Shown here: one piece after another, positions 10,552-21,695 of the stretch
Position numbering within the stretch: position 1 is the stretch's first letter
How the letters are laid out: each line of letters begins with the position of its first letter
NCBI RefSeq assembly: GCF_001194135.2
Contig: NC_068999.1
Span: 20,749,998 to 20,785,638 of the forward strand
DNA from: Octopus bimaculoides
Lineage: Eukaryota
DNA: 35,641 nucleotides
Direction: 5' to 3'
Translations under genes and position numbers: made by a program
Notes under the pieces: generated by a model
Database searches by the model: none
What the model saw: the letters and a program-made list of their open reading frames with translations, nothing else
What the model was told of the DNA's origin: nothing

Positions 10552-10750
10552 AGGTGGTGAGTTGGTAGAATCGTTAGCCCACCGGGGAAAATGGTTCACA
10601 GCATTTTGTCCATCATCACGTTCTGAGTTCAAATTCAGGACTTTCATCCTTTCGATGTCGATTAAACACCAGTTGAGCCTTGGATGTCGATGTAATCGAC
10701 CTATCCTTCGCCTGAAATTGCTGGCTTTATGCCAAAATTTGAAACCGATA
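10552..10750 (+). mobile_element. SINE family A copy
   Basis: ggtggtgagttggtagaatcgttagc...acgttctgagttcaaattc...ctttcatcctttcgatgtcgat...gaaattgctggctttatgccaaaatttgaaacc. Confidence 0.9.
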
Positions 10751-10798
10751 TAACGAAAGCTTATATAGCAACTATATACAATGTAATTTCAATCATTA

Positions 10799-12528
10799 CA
10801 CTATAAACAATTTCCGGGGTCAAGAAAATAAACAGTACATTCAAATTTTTTATAACCAAAATTTCCTATCATATCACATTTTCTTGTAAATTAGAAACTT
10901 ATTAACTATGCAATTTATAACCAATTTCCACGATACCATAAATCTATTTTCCTCACGTAGTCAAATTAAATATGTCCATTGTAATTAATTCATAAATATA
11001 TAATGAATCAACATGTTTGTTAGCATCATATAATGTATTGGCCTACATTTTAGTATTTACTTTTTCGTTTATAAGACGTCTCAGGTGTGTCACGCTTCAG
11101 GTTCCAGTAGAAGTCAGCTAGCATAGCTTGGCTCCATTTTCCCTTATATCTATTTTCCATTGAGGTTATATCTTGATGGAACTTCTCTCCGTGTTCATCA
11201 CTCACATCTCCTGCATTCTCTGGGAAGAAGGACAGATGAGTATGAAGAAAGTGTATGTTTAGTGACATATGGTATCCAATAACTTGCTATAACTTGATTA
11301 GCCTCTCCACTATACACCCTCGCTGGATCACTTGGTGCTTTCCCAGAGGTTCTGTGCATATATCTTTGAATACATGCCAGGCAGCTAGCTCAGTTTCATT
11401 CACTGTCGCCTCGATGTCCTCATCATCTATAAAGTGAAGAACCTGAGGGCCTACGAATATGCCCTCTTTAATCTTGGCATCAATTATTTTAAGGAAGGTC
11501 GCCTAGAAGTATTGGAAACATGGCTTCTTATGTTGCAGTGCTTTAGTAAATTGCTTCATTCGGCGAAGTTTTATATGCAGTGGTGGAAAAATGATTTTCT
11601 CTTTCTTAACTAGTGGCTCATGATTTATGTTGTGGCATCCAGTCGTCATAGTTTCCTGAGTTGACTATTCTGAGCATACATAATGTTCTGATCAGGTTCT
11701 ACTGCCTCACGTGCAAAAGAAGCACGTAAACTTGGTGTATCCAGTTTCTAGCCCATTAAGTAGGGCTACTACTTTCAAGTTCGCACAAATTAGCCACTCA
11801 TAAGCCCTGTAACATATACAGCCTAGAATCAAAGTGAGGTTCCTGTATGTCTCTCTTAAAATGACTGAGTGAGCAGTTGGAACTGAAGGTATGGTGTTTC
11901 CAATGTGCAACAGAATCGCGTTTATGCTGTAAAAGGATGCATCTATGAATAACTTCTGCTCATTTGCTTTATAGGTTGGCTCAAGTGTATTGAATAGGTT
12001 TCTGATATCATTACAATAAGTCAAGGATTGCTGTAAATCGGCAGAATGCTTCCTAAATTCTGTAATTAAAACATCTTTATTCAACAAGTTCCATTGTTTC
12101 TGACCTAAGGCCTGGACGTCGCTTTGTTGCTTAGTAAGTATTCATTTCTTTATTGCCCAAAGGGGCCTTAGATCACGAACTAGATCTTTGAGTTTAGGTT
12201 GGGGAATTAGGTGTGGTTTCTTGGCATAATTACGACGGATTTGGATCCATATAACTAAAAATGAGTGTACTTTTATAATTTAATATGTTATGTTGACAAG
12301 TATATTTTGAATACCAAATTAAAATTATATCAAAATCCGTTCATAACTTTTAGAGTTGTCCGTTCCGGGCCAATCCTGTTTGCACTCAAATTCTGCGGAA
12401 CCATCAGTGTATCTAATGCAAGTCACAGAAAGAAATAGATGTTATATTCGTGATCTACACACAAAATACCCGTAGAAAAGGTTATTCCCATTTCCGTTTT
12501 TTTTTTTTGGTTTTCTTGTTACACAGTG
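10799..12528 (-). mobile_element. Chapaev3-like (CMC/Chapaev) DNA transposon, internally deleted
   Basis: Termini CACTATAAACAA (10799) and TTGTTACACAGTG (12528) form short imperfect TIRs. TTA on both flanks (10796-10798, 12529-12531) fits the 3-bp TWA target duplication I recall for Chapaev3. Internal transposase remnant present. Confidence 0.75.
11050..12090 (-). pseudogene. Decayed Chapaev3-type DDE transposase (C-terminal part)
   Basis: Colinear motifs: KLFIDASFYSINAILLHIGNTIPSVPTAHSV...LICANLKVVALLNGLETGYTKFTCFFC / EPLVKKEKIIFPPLHIKL...AKIKEGIFVGPQV...ELAAWHVF / MSLNIHFLHTHLSFFPENAGDVSDEHGEKFHQDITSMENRYKGKW. Interrupted by in-frame stops and a deletion after the CFFC motif. Confidence 0.85.
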
Positions 12529-12550
12529 TTATTAATCTCGAAAATGTCGA

Positions 12551-12740
12551 TGAGCGGGACCAAATGCTTAGTAGTATTTCGCCCGTCAATACGTTCTGAG
12601 TTCAAATTCCGCTGATGTCGACTTTGCCTTTCGTTCTTTCGGGGTCGAAAAATTAAGTACCAGTGAAATACTGGGGTCGATATAATTGACTAGTCTCCTC
12701 GTCGAAAATTTCAGGTCTTGTGCCTGTAGTAGAAAGGATT
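12551..12740 (+). mobile_element. SINE family A copy
   Basis: acgttctgagttcaaattccgctgatgtcgactttgcctttcg...aaatttcaggtcttgtgcctgtagtagaaaggatt. Confidence 0.93.
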
Positions 12741-12801
12741 TTTGTCTCGCTACCAGTACTATTATCCTTATAACCAACAATGATATCGCTAGTATAACTG
12801 T

Positions 12802-13014
12802 AATAATCCTTTCTACTAAATGCACAAGGCCTGAAATTTGGGCGGCGAGTACTAGTCGATTGTATAAATCTCAGTGTTTCAATTAATCTATCTGTCCTGA
12901 AAGGACGAAAAGTAAAGTCGACTTCGGCTGAATTTGAACTCGGAACGTAGCGACGAGCGAAATACCGCTAAACATTTCGGCGGGGGTGGTAACGATCCGG
13001 CCAGCTAGCCGCCT
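12802..13014 (-). mobile_element. SINE family A copy (inverted relative to 12551)
   Basis: aatcctttctactaaatgcacaaggcctgaaattt...aaagtcgacttcggctgaatttgaactcggaacgtagcgacgagcgaaataccgctaaacatttc...ccagctagccgcctt. Confidence 0.93.
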
Positions 13015-13040
13015 TTACTATTGCAGTAATAATGCTGTCT

Positions 13041-13225
13041 AATTTTGATACGAGGCCAGCATCTTTCAGAGCTGGGATGTTAGTCGATTACATCGGTTCC
13101 ATAATTCCGAAAGGAAGAAAGACAATGATGACTTCGGCCGGATATGAGTTTGGAACGTAAAGAACCGGAAGAAGGGCCGCTAATCAATTTGTCCGACTAT
13201 TCTATGATTCTGCCATTTCGCTACC
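13041..13225 (-). mobile_element. SINE family A copy, older
   Basis: gatacgaggccagc...agtcgattacatcg...ccgaaaggaagaaag...gaacgtaaagaaccggaagaagggccgctaatc...gattctgcca. Confidence 0.82.
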
Positions 13226-13468
13226 TGCTGTAACTTTAATACTACAACAGGCATTATTACCGCTACTATATCAGTTATTGAAACAACAGTCGCCTAGTAT
13301 TTCATCACTAAGGTAATTGCTTTCTTATAACTACAACCAACTTTATAGAGCTATCATCTTCGTTCTTAGTACAACCTGCACTAACATCGACTATATGTCT
13401 ATTAAAATACACATTATACACTCGTGCAGCTTACAACTCTCTTTTGGTTAGAACAACCACTTATATAG

Positions 13469-13492
13469 CAACAACAAAACAACAACAACAAC

Positions 13493-13549
<57 letters not shown>
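13469..13549. repeat. Compound (CAA)n(AAT)n microsatellite
   Basis: Directly visible. Confidence 0.97.
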
Positions 13550-14186
13550 TCCACCACTATTAATTCAGATTTTTTTAATGTTTTGCCTGTGTTTTATTTC
13601 TACCGGTTAACAATTTTAATTATATTTTCGAGATTTATTTCCACCAAATTAGTTGAGCGTGATTATTTATAATTAGCCTTATTTTCACACTAGAAGTTTA
13701 AAATTATACAAAAAAAAAAAAAAAAACTTTAAAAAATGTATTTTCAACTAACATCTATATGAAGACTTGCTGTTGCTACTGTTGTTCTCGATCTCATTAA
13801 GTCCCTCATCGAGTAGTCGTATAATCAAAATATGTTCCGAGAGATTATATTTCGTTTTATATATCAAGAGCTACATTTTCTAATATATTCCTCATTTACG
13901 ACATGAAGATTTTATTTGAATGAGATTTGATAAGATTTGGCAGATCGTCTTATCATTCGGTTGACTCCACTCCGATACAATAGAAGATCTCTTTATTAAT
14001 GCATTATTCTAAAATTACGTTTCACTTTCTTTTTTCCTATTTTTGGAGTTTTTTTTTTTAATTGCTGTTTTTTGTCATTAATTTTATGTTTTTGGATTGC
14101 TAAGCTTTGTTATAACGAAAATCCACATTATTATAATTACAATAAGGTTAAACATCACGCAACACCAATGACGCTACAACCACTAT

Positions 14187-14410
14187 AATAATTATTTCTT
14201 CTGTAGGCTCAAGTCCTGGAATTTTGCATGAGGGTTGGTAGTCTATTTCGTCAACTTCACTACCCAACGGATACGTATTTTATCGATCTCGAAAGAATGA
14301 AAGACTAAGTCGATCTTGGTGGAATTTGAATCCAGAATATAAATACGAAGGAAGTAGCGCTAAACATTTACTCCGTCGAAATAAAGATTCTACTAGCTTG
14401 CTTGCTATCT
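14187..14410 (-). mobile_element. SINE family A copy
   Basis: ttcttctgtaggctcaagtcctggaatttt...ttttatcgatctcgaaagaatgaaagactaagtcgatcttggtggaatttgaatccagaat. Confidence 0.85.
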
Positions 14411-15488
14411 TTAACACCACTTTAATAACTACAGTGTGAACAATATAACCAAACGTAGTGTACTTAGACAGTTTTAAGAATAATGACCCCCCAAGATCTC
14501 AGCTATCATTGTTATAAGTTATACCGCGAAATGCAATGCACGCACAAAAACCTATATAACTATACGGAACAATTGTTGCTATGTGAACAATGTGGTTTCT
14601 GTGACATGTATCTGAACAACCGACAACAATCATACTACAAGTGCTGTAGCATACAGTAGAAATGGCATTTTAAAAAATGCTTTGAGTGTTATTACTACCA
14701 CCGACACTAATATTAATCTCCTAACTATTGTAAATATCATCCATATTATAGTAGTCATAATATAGTTGTTATGATTAGTCTACTGTTAGTGATGTCATTG
14801 CTACCAACACCAATGTACCTAACGTGTTATAGCAACAACTAATGTTTCTATGATATACTAATGTATTTATTATAATTACTATAACATTCATCCACACAAA
14901 TATAGCTACTGTATAAGTTATAACTGGAGTCTACATTCACCAATGTAATTGCCGCGCCAGTTACCACTACCACTTCTGCTAATGTTGCTATTATGACAGT
15001 CATAATTACATGAATATCAATGTAGGTAGCTATACCCAAAAACCGATGAAGTTAACATACCAAGGTTGGTACCCTAATTACCAACAAATATCGATATGAT
15101 TATTATGCCAATTTAGGGATTACTACTAATGTATGCAAAACAACTTCCAACATGGATATAATTACTTTGACTCTTGTATCTACAATTAACGATAACGTGA
15201 CAACTTTCGCTCTTGACAACAATTACTGTCAGAAATTCCTTTAGTTTTCCTTTCTATATGTGTGAGAGATCTATGCCTTGTTCGCTCATAAGAATAGTAA
15301 ATATTCACAATCTAGTCCTAAACTATATTTTAAATATAATATCTTCTATATTTACTTAGTCATTGGTTACATCACTGTTATAACAACACCCAAAAGCCGA
15401 CGCAAATGCCATGGGTACTGTAACTAGTTCCATCACATATTGAACTACTGCGATTGCAATATCCACAACAAACTATTATAAATGTTAT
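14410..15488. repeat. Long decayed trinucleotide (ACT/AAT/ACC) low-complexity tract
   Basis: Period-3 ACN/AAT-rich text with frequent stops; no long ORF in the supplied track. Confidence 0.6.
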
Positions 15489-15704
15489 AATACATTACTA
15501 CTCTAGGCACAAAGTACGAAATTTTGGGGAAGGAGGTCAGTCGATTAGACCGATCCCAGTGCGCAACTGGTACTTAATTTATCGACCCAAAAAATTAAAG
15601 GCAAAGTCGACCTCGGCGGAATTTGAACTCAGAACGTAAAGACAGACGAAATGCCGCTAAGCATTTCGCGCGGCATGCTAACACTTCTGCCAGCTCTCCG
15701 CCTT
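15488..15704 (-). mobile_element. SINE family A copy, well preserved
   Basis: ggcaaagtcgacctcggcggaatttgaactcagaacgtaaagacagacgaaatgccgctaagcatttcgcgcggcatgctaacacttctgccagctctccgcctt; the reverse complement has Pol III A/B boxes. Confidence 0.95.
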
Positions 15705-15969
15705 ATAAATGTTATGCTTATTACTACTAACCCCACTCTTGCTACTACGAATGTTGTAACAAATTCCTTATATTAACATTATTACTTTCTACCGACAACA
15801 ATAACGTACGTACTTTAAACATAGATATAGTTTGTATAACTCTTAAAGGTACCATCATCACTAACGTAGCTACTGTCACTATATCAGCTGAAACTAATAT
15901 AGTGACTGAGACTATGACTACAATCAACACTAATATATCTGCCAGCGCCGTTATAAGACATTAAACCAT

Positions 15970-16168
15970 AAGGCCGCATCGTTAGCACACCTGAAACATT
16001 CCTTGCCGCATTTCTTTCGGTTTTATGTTTGAAGTTCACATCCCGCTGAGATCGACTTTGTTTTTCATCCTTTTGGAGCCGGTAAAATAGGAATACTAGG
16101 GTTTTTGCAATTAACTACCTGCTTCTTCCAGCATTTCAGTAATTGTGCCTATAGCAGAAAAGATTATA
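15970..16168 (+). mobile_element. SINE family A copy
   Basis: atcgttagcacacctgaaacattccttgccgcatttc...gagatcgactttgtttttcatccttt...atttcagtaattgtgcctatagcagaaaagattat. Confidence 0.85.
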
Positions 16169-16413
16169 TTATACTAAATCATATATCATATATGAAATTA
16201 TATCAATAGTAATATGACTACATCATTCTTATAGCTACATCCAACATGATTTTCCCTGCTACCCAGACATTTATTACTCATAACAAGGTAGTAATTTCGA
16301 ACATTTTCAAGCAAAACCAATATATTATTTCCATTTCAATGTTTCATATAAAAATATTTCATAATTTTGTTCCATATTTTCTGCTTCCTAATATTTTAAT
16401 CTTGAAAATACAG

Positions 16414-16489
16414 ATATGGTACCACCAGGAGCGAGTGGTCATTCAAAGGATGAATTCCAACCGTGTTCCGTGATTAGCTACCTCAACGT
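16414..16489 (+). CDS. Weak candidate 76-nt exon (xMVPPGASGHSKDEFQPCSVISYLNV)
   Basis: cag acceptor at 16411-16413, GTAAGT donor at 16490, GC-richer than flanks, one open frame. No homology recognised. Confidence 0.22.
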
Positions 16490-16538
16490 GTAAGTTTGTT
16501 ATGTGAATTGTATCTGCATGAAAAAAGAAAGCTCAGAT

Positions 16539-16639
16539 TTGTCAATGCTCTGAGTTTCACGTTTTAGCTCTTTCAGTTGGTAATTTCTGATCGTTTAATA
16601 ATAAAACAAGCGAAAGCGTGAAACTCAGAGTTACGACGA
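16539..16639. other. Long imperfect inverted repeat / hairpin in unique sequence
   Basis: Perfect 14-bp core CTCTGAGTTTCACG (16548-16561) / CGTGAAACTCAGAG (16617-16630), extended inward by TTTTAGC/GCGAAAG and outward by TTGTC/GACGA; 41-nt loop. Confidence 0.8.
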
Positions 16640-16869
16640 TTACGAGCCTTTCTGTTATAACTATTAAAGAATACTGTACATTTATGTAAAACGCTGAAAT
16701 TTATTTTCTGTTGGTAAAGCAAGTGTATGTGTACGTGTGCATGTGTGCGTGTGAGTGTTTGTGTGTATGTGTGTGTGTGTGTAATCACGCGCGCGTGTGA
16801 GTGTTTGTGTGTAATAGAGTGCGGGTACAGATAGGCGAACAATTAGTCTTTTTGGTATCAGATCCTAAC

Positions 16870-16900
<31 letters not shown>

Positions 16901-17518
16901 ATTATATTACTGGAGGATAGAAAAGAACATTTCAGGAGTTTAGATGACAAGAGACGAACAAATAATCGACTTAGAAATGTTCATAAGGGTTCTGATATGT
17001 ACTTGTATTCTCTAGGAGCTGTTGTAAGGAAAGTTCTTATTATTGATATTAGGTAGGAGGTTAAGTGTGAACATTATTGATAAAATCCATAGCTGGACCT
17101 GGAGAAGAGAGAAAATGTGCAGGTAGTCCCTTATTGCTCGTTCAAGAATATATGCACAATTGGTGCGTTTTCTGGAAGAAGCCTGACGCAAGCATTCTAG
17201 TAGAAATATATTCCATTTCCAGCTGTAGGGGTTTACTTCTTCCTTTATCTCATCTAGCTTTGGATTTCACCTATAATGACCTGCCTTAACTCTTCGAACA
17301 TAACCTTCTACCCTCAATTGTATCAGCATATCATTATATAAATGCTACAATTTCAATAAATATCAGCTGTTTGCCTATTTATAATATTATTCTGCAGGAA
17401 GTCCATAAATTATCTTTGCAATTTCCAAAATTTAGAAGAGAACGAAAAAGTAGATTAACTCAGCACAGTTTATTGCAATACATAGGCAAACAAATGAACA
17501 TTTCCAAGTGGCATCCAT

Positions 17519-17580
17519 TTACGGGAACGTAAACACACTAACATCGGTTGTCAAGCGATGGGGAAGACACACACACATAC
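17519..17580 (-). mobile_element. SINE family B fragment running into an N gap
   Basis: acgggaacgtaaacacactaacatcggttgtcaagcgatgggg is the reverse complement of the family B 3' domain. Confidence 0.85.
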
Positions 17581-17618
17581 ATACATACATACATACATGC
17601 ATACATAAATATACATAA

Positions 17619-17649
<31 letters not shown>

Positions 17650-18113
17650 NNNNNNNNNNNNNNNNNNNNNNNNNNNNNNNNNNNNNNNNNNNNNNNNNNN
17701 NNNNNNNNNNNNNNNNNNNNNNNNNNNNNNNNNNNNNNNNNNNNNNNNNNNNNNNNNNNNNNNNNNNNNNNNNNNNNNNNNNNNNNNNNNNNNNNNNNNN
17801 NNNNNNNNNNNNNNNNNNNNNNNNNNNNNNNNNNNNNNNNNNNNNNNNNNNNNNNNNNNNNNNNNNNNNNNNNNNNNNNNNNNNNNNNNNNNNNNNNNNN
17901 NNNNNNNNNNNNNNNNNNNNNNNNNNNNNNNNNNNNNNNNNNNNNNNNNNNNNNNNNNNNNNNNNNNNNNNNNNNNNNNNNNNNNNNNNNNNNNNNNNNN
18001 NNNNNNNNNNNNNNNNNNNNNNNNNNNNNNNNNNNNNNNNNNNNNNNNNNNNNNNNNNNNNNNNNNNNNNNNNNNNNNNNNNNNNNNNNNNNNNNNNNNN
18101 NNNNNNNATATAT

Positions 18114-18385
18114 AGGTAGCTGTGTGGTATGAAACTTCCTTCCCAACCACATGGTTCCGAGTTCACTCCCACTGCGTGGCACTTTGGGCAAGTGTCATTT
18201 ACTACAGCCTCGGCCGGACCAAATCCTCGTGAGTGCATTTGTGTGTCTGTGTTCGTCCTCCCATCATCGCTTGACAACCGATGTTTGTATGTTTACTTCC
18301 CCGTAACTTAGCGGTTCGGCAAAATAGAACGATAGAATAAGTCCTCGGGTCGATTTGTTCGACTGAAGGCGGTGCTCCAGCATGT
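18114..18385 (+). mobile_element. SINE family B copy with internal deletion
   Basis: gtgtggtatgaaacttccttcccaaccacatggttccgagttcactcccactgcgtggcactttgggcaagtg...catcgcttgacaaccgatg...ccccgtaacttagcggttcggcaaa...aaggcggtgctccagcatg. Confidence 0.92.
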
Positions 18386-18574
18386 TATTTTTATCAAATT
18401 GTCCAGCCAGTTATTTTTTATCAAATTGTCGTATCTCCAGCATATCTAATCAAAAACATCATTTTATATATATGTTTATATGCTACAAAAATATATCATG
18501 AAAATATATCTACATTGCATCCACTAAATTTCACCCACAAGGTGAAAAAAATCGAAACTGTTAAAAGATAAGCT

Positions 18575-18965
18575 ATTAGTTAGTTCTCGCCATGTCATGA
18601 GGCACATAAATCCACAATAGGACCTCTCCTACCAGCTGTTCTCTGCCATTGTTCTTATTTCTTTCTAGTTTCCCTACCCTTTCTGTCTCCCTTTCTTGTC
18701 CATTGTCCTTCGTCATGTGGCTTTAGGATGCCCTGCTTCTCTTATTCCCCCTACATCTGTGTCACCATAAAATCGTTCTCTCGTTCTTGTCTGAGGATAT
18801 ATCCGGTCGAATTTCAGTGTTTGAGTTTTATTTCATCTTTGATCTTGCTAACGACAGTTGTCGACTCTTTGTAACTACTTGACGTCGAGTGTTTTTTCCT
18901 CGGCCAAGTGAATTGTAAGCTGTCCACTGTCTCTTCACAATCATCGGAGCGCCAATTGCTACTCA
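18575..18965 (-). mobile_element. RTE-clade LINE, decayed 3' end
   Basis: Minus-strand translation LQFTWPRK...SKIKDEIKLKH*NSTGYILRQERENDFMVT...GHPKAT*RRTMDKK...MAEN resembles the RTE C-terminal pattern (WP..ISN...I..EI..R.W.W.GH.LR...GRPK.TWRRT...A.DR), and ends in a CTAA-type tail. Confidence 0.7.
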
Positions 18966-19415
18966 CGAACGCACGTTCCTGAATGGTTGTCAACTGTGAA
19001 TAATTTTGAGTAGGAACCGGAAAAAGGAATATGAACACACAATACGCACATGCACACCTAATTCTTAAACGGAAGATGAGAATAAAAACGCAATGCGCAT
19101 GTCAAAATAAAACGGAACAGAAGACTAAAAACGCTATGTCAAAAAGGTTATATGATGGTCTGCAAGCCATGTCTGACACACTATCGTTTTCTTGTTTTCT
19201 TGTTTCTTCTATTTTTGTCAGTTTTCACTTCTCACATTGGTTGAGTAAATCTGGTCGGAAGATAATATTGTAGCCTGAAAATATATAATGAGGGTGAATA
19301 TTCGGAGTTACAATCAAACATTTTAGTATGAACATATATGTCATAGAGTAACTAAAAAAGGTAAGCAAACTTTCATTTGATGTTGTGTCTGATATTATAT
19401 GCATAACAATGCAGA

Positions 19416-19637
19416 AGGTGTAGAGGTGGTAGAATCGTTAGCACTCTGCACAAAATGGTTAGATGTATTTTCTCCTTCTTTACATAGAAAGTTGAAATTT
19501 TGCCAAACTCGAATTTGCGCTTCATCCATTTGTGGTCGTCAACATTTGTAACTACCTATCTCATACTCCGGTCGATGTAATTAACTTCTTTTTTCCTTTC
19601 AAAACTAAGGGACCCTGTACCACTATTTGTAGCAATT
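19416..19637 (+). mobile_element. SINE family A copy, old
   Basis: gaggtggtagaatcgttagcactctgcacaaaatggttagatgtatttt...ctcgaatttgcgcttcatccattt...ggtcgatgtaattaact. Confidence 0.78.
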
Positions 19638-21084
19638 GTATGTATAAATATGCTTAAAGACAAAAGATGATCTGTATATATAAAAAAAAAAAAATCTGCG
19701 AATAGATGAATTTATACATACTTTCAAGTTGTATTTTACACATACACTCACATACACAACCATATAGGCAAAATAATATATATACATGTGTGGATTTAAA
19801 TATTATATTCATACATGCATACATACATACATATATATGTTTGTTTGTGTGTGTGTGTGTGTGCGTGTGTGTGTGTATGTGTGTACACGTGTGTGTGTGT
19901 GTGTGTGTATAATTTCGTAGTACTTATTTGCATTTCAATAGAAGAGTTGCAAAGTGACGCAATCTCCACGTTTTCATGTAATTCCCACATGACACGTGTA
20001 AAGAGAATATGAGTCATAATTAGTCAGTAGAAAATACGGCATTAGAGTTCAACGTTTCAGTAATTAGGTTCACAATATCAAAATTAATCAACACAAATGT
20101 AATGTGATGCGAGGGAAAGAAAAATATGGTGCAGCAAACGACATCTATTACATATATATATACATATACATGTATATATATNNNNNNNNNNNNNNNNNNN
20201 NNNNNNNNNNNNNNNNNNNNNNNNNNNNNNNNNNNNNNNNNNNNNNNNNNNNNNNNNNNNNNNNNNNNNNNNNNNNNNNNNNNNNNNNNNNNNNNNNNNN
20301 NNNNNNNNNNNNNNNNNNNNNNNNNNNNNNNNNNNNNNNNNNNNNNNNNNNNNNNNNNNNNNNNNNNNNNNNNNNNNNNNNNNNNNNNNNNNNNNNNNNN
20401 NNNNNNNNNNNNNNNNNNNNNNNNNNNNNNNNNNNNNNNNNNNNNNNNNNNNNNNNNNNNNNNNNNNNNNNNNNNNNNNNNNNNNNNNNNNNNNNNNNNN
20501 NNNNNNNNNNNATATATATATATATATATATATACACGCTGCTACACACGTTTCTACCATTCTCGCTCACTATCTCTCGAGTATCACATTATACTTTTGC
20601 TAATATATATTAGCACACAGGAAAACACACACACATATACACACACGCACGCACACACACACGTACACATACACACACACACACACACACAAGCACACAT
20701 GCACACGCGAAAATATATATAAATATATCGATTATACATATCTAAACATATATACCAAAATATGGTAATACACATGTTAATAATAAATATATGCGTATGC
20801 ATATAGTCATAAATTAAATGTGATTAATTTTTCATTCCACACTGAAATTACAATTTCTCGTTGCCATAGAAATATATTTGTGAATTTTGTACGTTATTGA
20901 AAATAACTCAAGATATATACTAGCTAATATTACTAATAATACATAGTAATATTTCCTACCATTTGCGATATTCCTTCAACCACTACTACCACAACGATTA
21001 ATACTAATAACACTACTGTTACAGCTTCTGCTGCTGTTGCTACTACTGTTGCTACTGCCGCTGATACTACCGCCACAGTTAATG

Positions 21085-21285
21085 ATATTATTTTATACTA
21101 TAGGCACAACGTCTGAAACATTGGTGGAGGTGATAGTCGATTAAATCGTTTACGGTGTACGAGTGGCACCTATTTTATCGATCCTGAAGTATTGAAAGGC
21201 AAAGGCGACCTCATTGAAATTTCATCCCAGATTATAAAAGTTTATGAGCAATAATTATAATAACATGTGAAGAAGCTCGGCGTCA
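21085..21285 (-). mobile_element. SINE family A copy
   Basis: tactataggcacaacgtctgaaaca...agtcgattaaatcg...ctattttatcgatcctgaagtattgaaaggcaaaggcgacctc. Confidence 0.83.
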
Positions 21286-21319
21286 TTAAAACTGATAATT
21301 GTCTAAAGACACAAAAAGC

Positions 21320-21490
21320 TGAATAAGAAAACTACACAATAAAGTAAACAACATGGACGGAGAAAAAAATTGTCTGGCATATCGCAAGAGATATAAACGC
21401 CAAGATAGATACAGATGACCAGTGGCTACGGATGAGGAGGTGTGACCTGAAGATAAAAACAGGAGCACTTAGATTGGCAACTGAAGGACT
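21320..21490 (+). mobile_element. Old R4/Dong-like LINE fragment (post-RT, pre-zinc-knuckle region)
   Basis: Translates as TWTEKKIVWHIARDINAKIDTDDQWLRMRRCDLKIKTGALRLATEGLE, resembling the W..K.+HG...R....D....WL..GDLK..TE..I.AAQ motif. Confidence 0.55.
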
Positions 21491-21647
21491 AGAACGCAGG
21501 TTGTGGTCAATGAGGAGAGTAATTGCCACACTTGGAAGTATCAGCACTCAACTTCCCACATAGTGCAAATAGTGTAATATTTATTATCCTTTACTCGCCT
21601 TAGGACGCTGGGTGTGTTTCACAAGTGATTGTAACAAACATGAAGTA

Positions 21648-21694
<47 letters not shown>
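21648..21694. repeat. (AAT)n microsatellite, 5' flank of the young LINE copy
   Basis: Perfect trinucleotide run. Confidence 0.97.

Positions 21695-21695
<1 letters not shown>

Noticed and set aside
12586-12825. Recurring peptide KAKSTSAEFELRT in several ORFs (12586, 15454, 26073)
   Set aside because: Antisense reading of SINE family A, not a protein repeat.
14410-15960. Mucin-like Thr/Val/Ile-rich ORFs
   Set aside because: Decayed trinucleotide repeat with frequent stops and no splice framework.
18814-19038. 74-aa minus-strand ORF as a host exon
   Set aside because: In frame with RTE LINE C-terminal motifs, so it is a retrotransposon remnant.
21354-21364. TGGACGGAGAA match to the miR-184 5' end (and TGGAAGACTAG, miR-7-like, near 24230)
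   Set aside because: Only 11-nt matches inside LINE/SINE sequence, with no precursor hairpin or 3' half.
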